A DNA stretch of 64,000 nucleotides, from positions 62,001 through 126,000 of the forward strand of contig JALDZX010000028.1 in the NCBI GenBank assembly GCA_022813865.1, in the 5' to 3' direction. The position numbers and the translations under genes are program-made. The notes beneath the pieces are model-generated. The model made no database searches. It was not told where the DNA came from and was given only the letters and a program-made list of their open reading frames with translations. Position 1 is the first letter of the stretch. Each line of letters begins with the position of its first letter. Shown in pieces: positions 62,103-64,000 of this stretch. The DNA is from Xylographa opegraphella (lineage: Eukaryota).

Positions 62103-63690
62103 CTACTTGGCAACTATAGAAACGACATCTTCATCGGCAACAACGTGGCTAAGGCCTACCCGCTGCGGTACATGTCTTGCGCTCGCCCCCCAAACCATTG
62201 CGTACTTGAATGTATCCTTCAAAGTTCGGTGGACTTGATCGCAGACCTCTTCGATGGTCGACTTATTGCGAACGATAAGGGCCTCACTGAAGTCCGGCTC
62301 ATCTCCCTTCCTAGAGCGAGCTCAGCTTCTGGTGGCAGCACTGTATATAGTTTGGATAAAAGTAGTAGAACAGACCTTTTCGTGTATATACGCATCAACT
62401 GCAATTCCTGCCAACATCTCTCGACTACATCTTGGATACCGAGATCCAACTCACAGCTCATGACTACAGTGTTGGGCTCGCGAGCTAGCTTGTCGAGGAA
62501 GTCGAGGCTGACAGAGTCGATTTTGTTATAGACATAGAGACTGGCAACTAGTTAGCAGATTACATATAAAGTCCTCTGCTCCCAACATCGAGTGCACACC
62601 ATTTGATATATTTTCTGTGATCTTTCATGATCACATCGATGAAGTCGTCCACGGTTGCTACAAATACAGTCAAATACGTCCCAGTAAAGTCGGGTTCTAT
62701 CCAGTCAAACCCACCATTCTCGTCTCGAACGAGAACTTCACAATTAAGCATTTTGTAGTCTCGTAGAATGTTGTAAAGCATCTTCTCGTCCAGATGCTTT
62801 GGTGGAGCTTGAAACGTAATCTTCATCCCTCCCGCTTTCTTTGCTTTGAGATAAATATTTCTGTGTCCACTTAGCTGGCTGAGGCATTATTAGGAGGATC
62901 AGACACCACCTACGGCGGTTCGCGGTTCAATCGTATTCCCACGGCCTCGAGCTCGGCCTCTAAGAGTGCTCGTTGCTCGGCTCGTTTGGTAGCGTCGAGG
63001 ATCATGAGAATTAAATCACTGGTCTTCGAAAAGCTCAGCATTTTCACTTGTATAGCTGTGAGATATCTTAATAACAAACCTTCGCAGCACTAATGACTTG
63101 CCGTCCTCTACCCTTCCCTTCCGCAGCTCCTTCGATGATTCCAGGTAGATCCAGGACTTGAATCTCGGCACCACCATACTCAAGCACGCCGGGAATTGCC
63201 GTAAGGGTTGTGAAAGAGTAGGCAGCCACTTCACTTTTCGTCTTGGTGATCTTCGATAGGAAAGTCGATTTGCCTACGGAAGGAAACCCGACAAGAGCTA
63301 TACGTGCATCGCCGCTCTTACTAACATCGAATCCCGCACCTCCGCCGGAGCCGGCGCCTGGGGCTGGCTCGAGAAGTTGGGCACGTAGTCTAGCAAGCTT
63401 CCTACAAAGAAAGTTAGAATTGGAAAAAAAGGTTGAGAACTAGCTACAGACCCTTTGAGCAAGCCGAGATGATATTCTTCACACCATCAATAATGTCGGG
63501 GTTTTCGGATTCATGGTATCGCACCAGTAGCCTTGTTCTCTCGAACTTATCAGCAGAAATCTATTCGACTGTACATGTAGATACATACTCTGCGTCCTTT
63601 TCATCTCATCCTCGATCCTATAGGTTTCAGTGTGAATTAATATAGAGTCTAAGAAACCCACTCCTTGATCTTCTCCGTGATATTCACCAT
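62103..63690 (-). CDS. RBG2: DRG-family ribosome-interacting GTPase Rbg2/DRG2 (7 exons)
   Basis: [65 protein letters not shown] domain ending [10 protein letters not shown]. Confidence 0.92.
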
Positions 63691-64000
63691 TTCGATTATG
63701 GAGCTCTACAGCAGAGCACTTGATAATCCGCAGAACAACGAAACTTTCGCAATATCAATAGGTACTCTAGAATAATACACAACAATGAAGATTGTCCAAT
63801 TCGATAACTCGCCTAGATGGTCGCTTAGGATCGGACTATCCCAAAAGAAACAATTTGCCGATTAGCCGCCAGACGAGTTAGACTTTCAACGTCAACGGCT
63901 TTTGAAAAGTATCGGGACCCCATTTATTATTGTTGTCAACTCCAACCTTGGAGCAAATAATTACGCAGTTCTTTGTAGCAGTGCATCTTTAGTAAGTGTG

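Overview
Gene-dense eukaryotic DNA from a filamentous ascomycete (Pezizomycotina-type proteins, mostly 50-120 nt spliceosomal introns with CTRAY branch points). I can support about 26 protein-coding genes, nearly all housekeeping: a forkhead transcription factor, Pet127, Vps68, derlin, a small Tudor-like protein, Fes1, actin, MIPC synthase, an Rcf3-like protein, aspartate kinase, Bur1/CDK9, a SAM methyltransferase, a P5B ATPase, Nap1, phosphoglycerate dehydrogenase, myosin V, a GT31 glycosyltransferase, Nhx1, Ino80, Spt4, PP5, Pop8, Ess2, Faf1 and Rbg2, plus a 5'-truncated ORF at the left edge. I found no transposon, rRNA, tRNA or CRISPR array. Most notable: (1) patches of extreme GC skew that read G-rich | intergenic | C-rich on the + strand regardless of gene orientation and reshape protein termini; (2) a candidate multi-hairpin ncRNA between FAF1 and RBG2; (3) three GC-AG introns (two in INO80) plus many AAG/GAG acceptors; (4) a 120-bp coding tandem repeat in PET127. 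Gene names come from recognising motifs and exon boundaries were read by eye; no database search was run.
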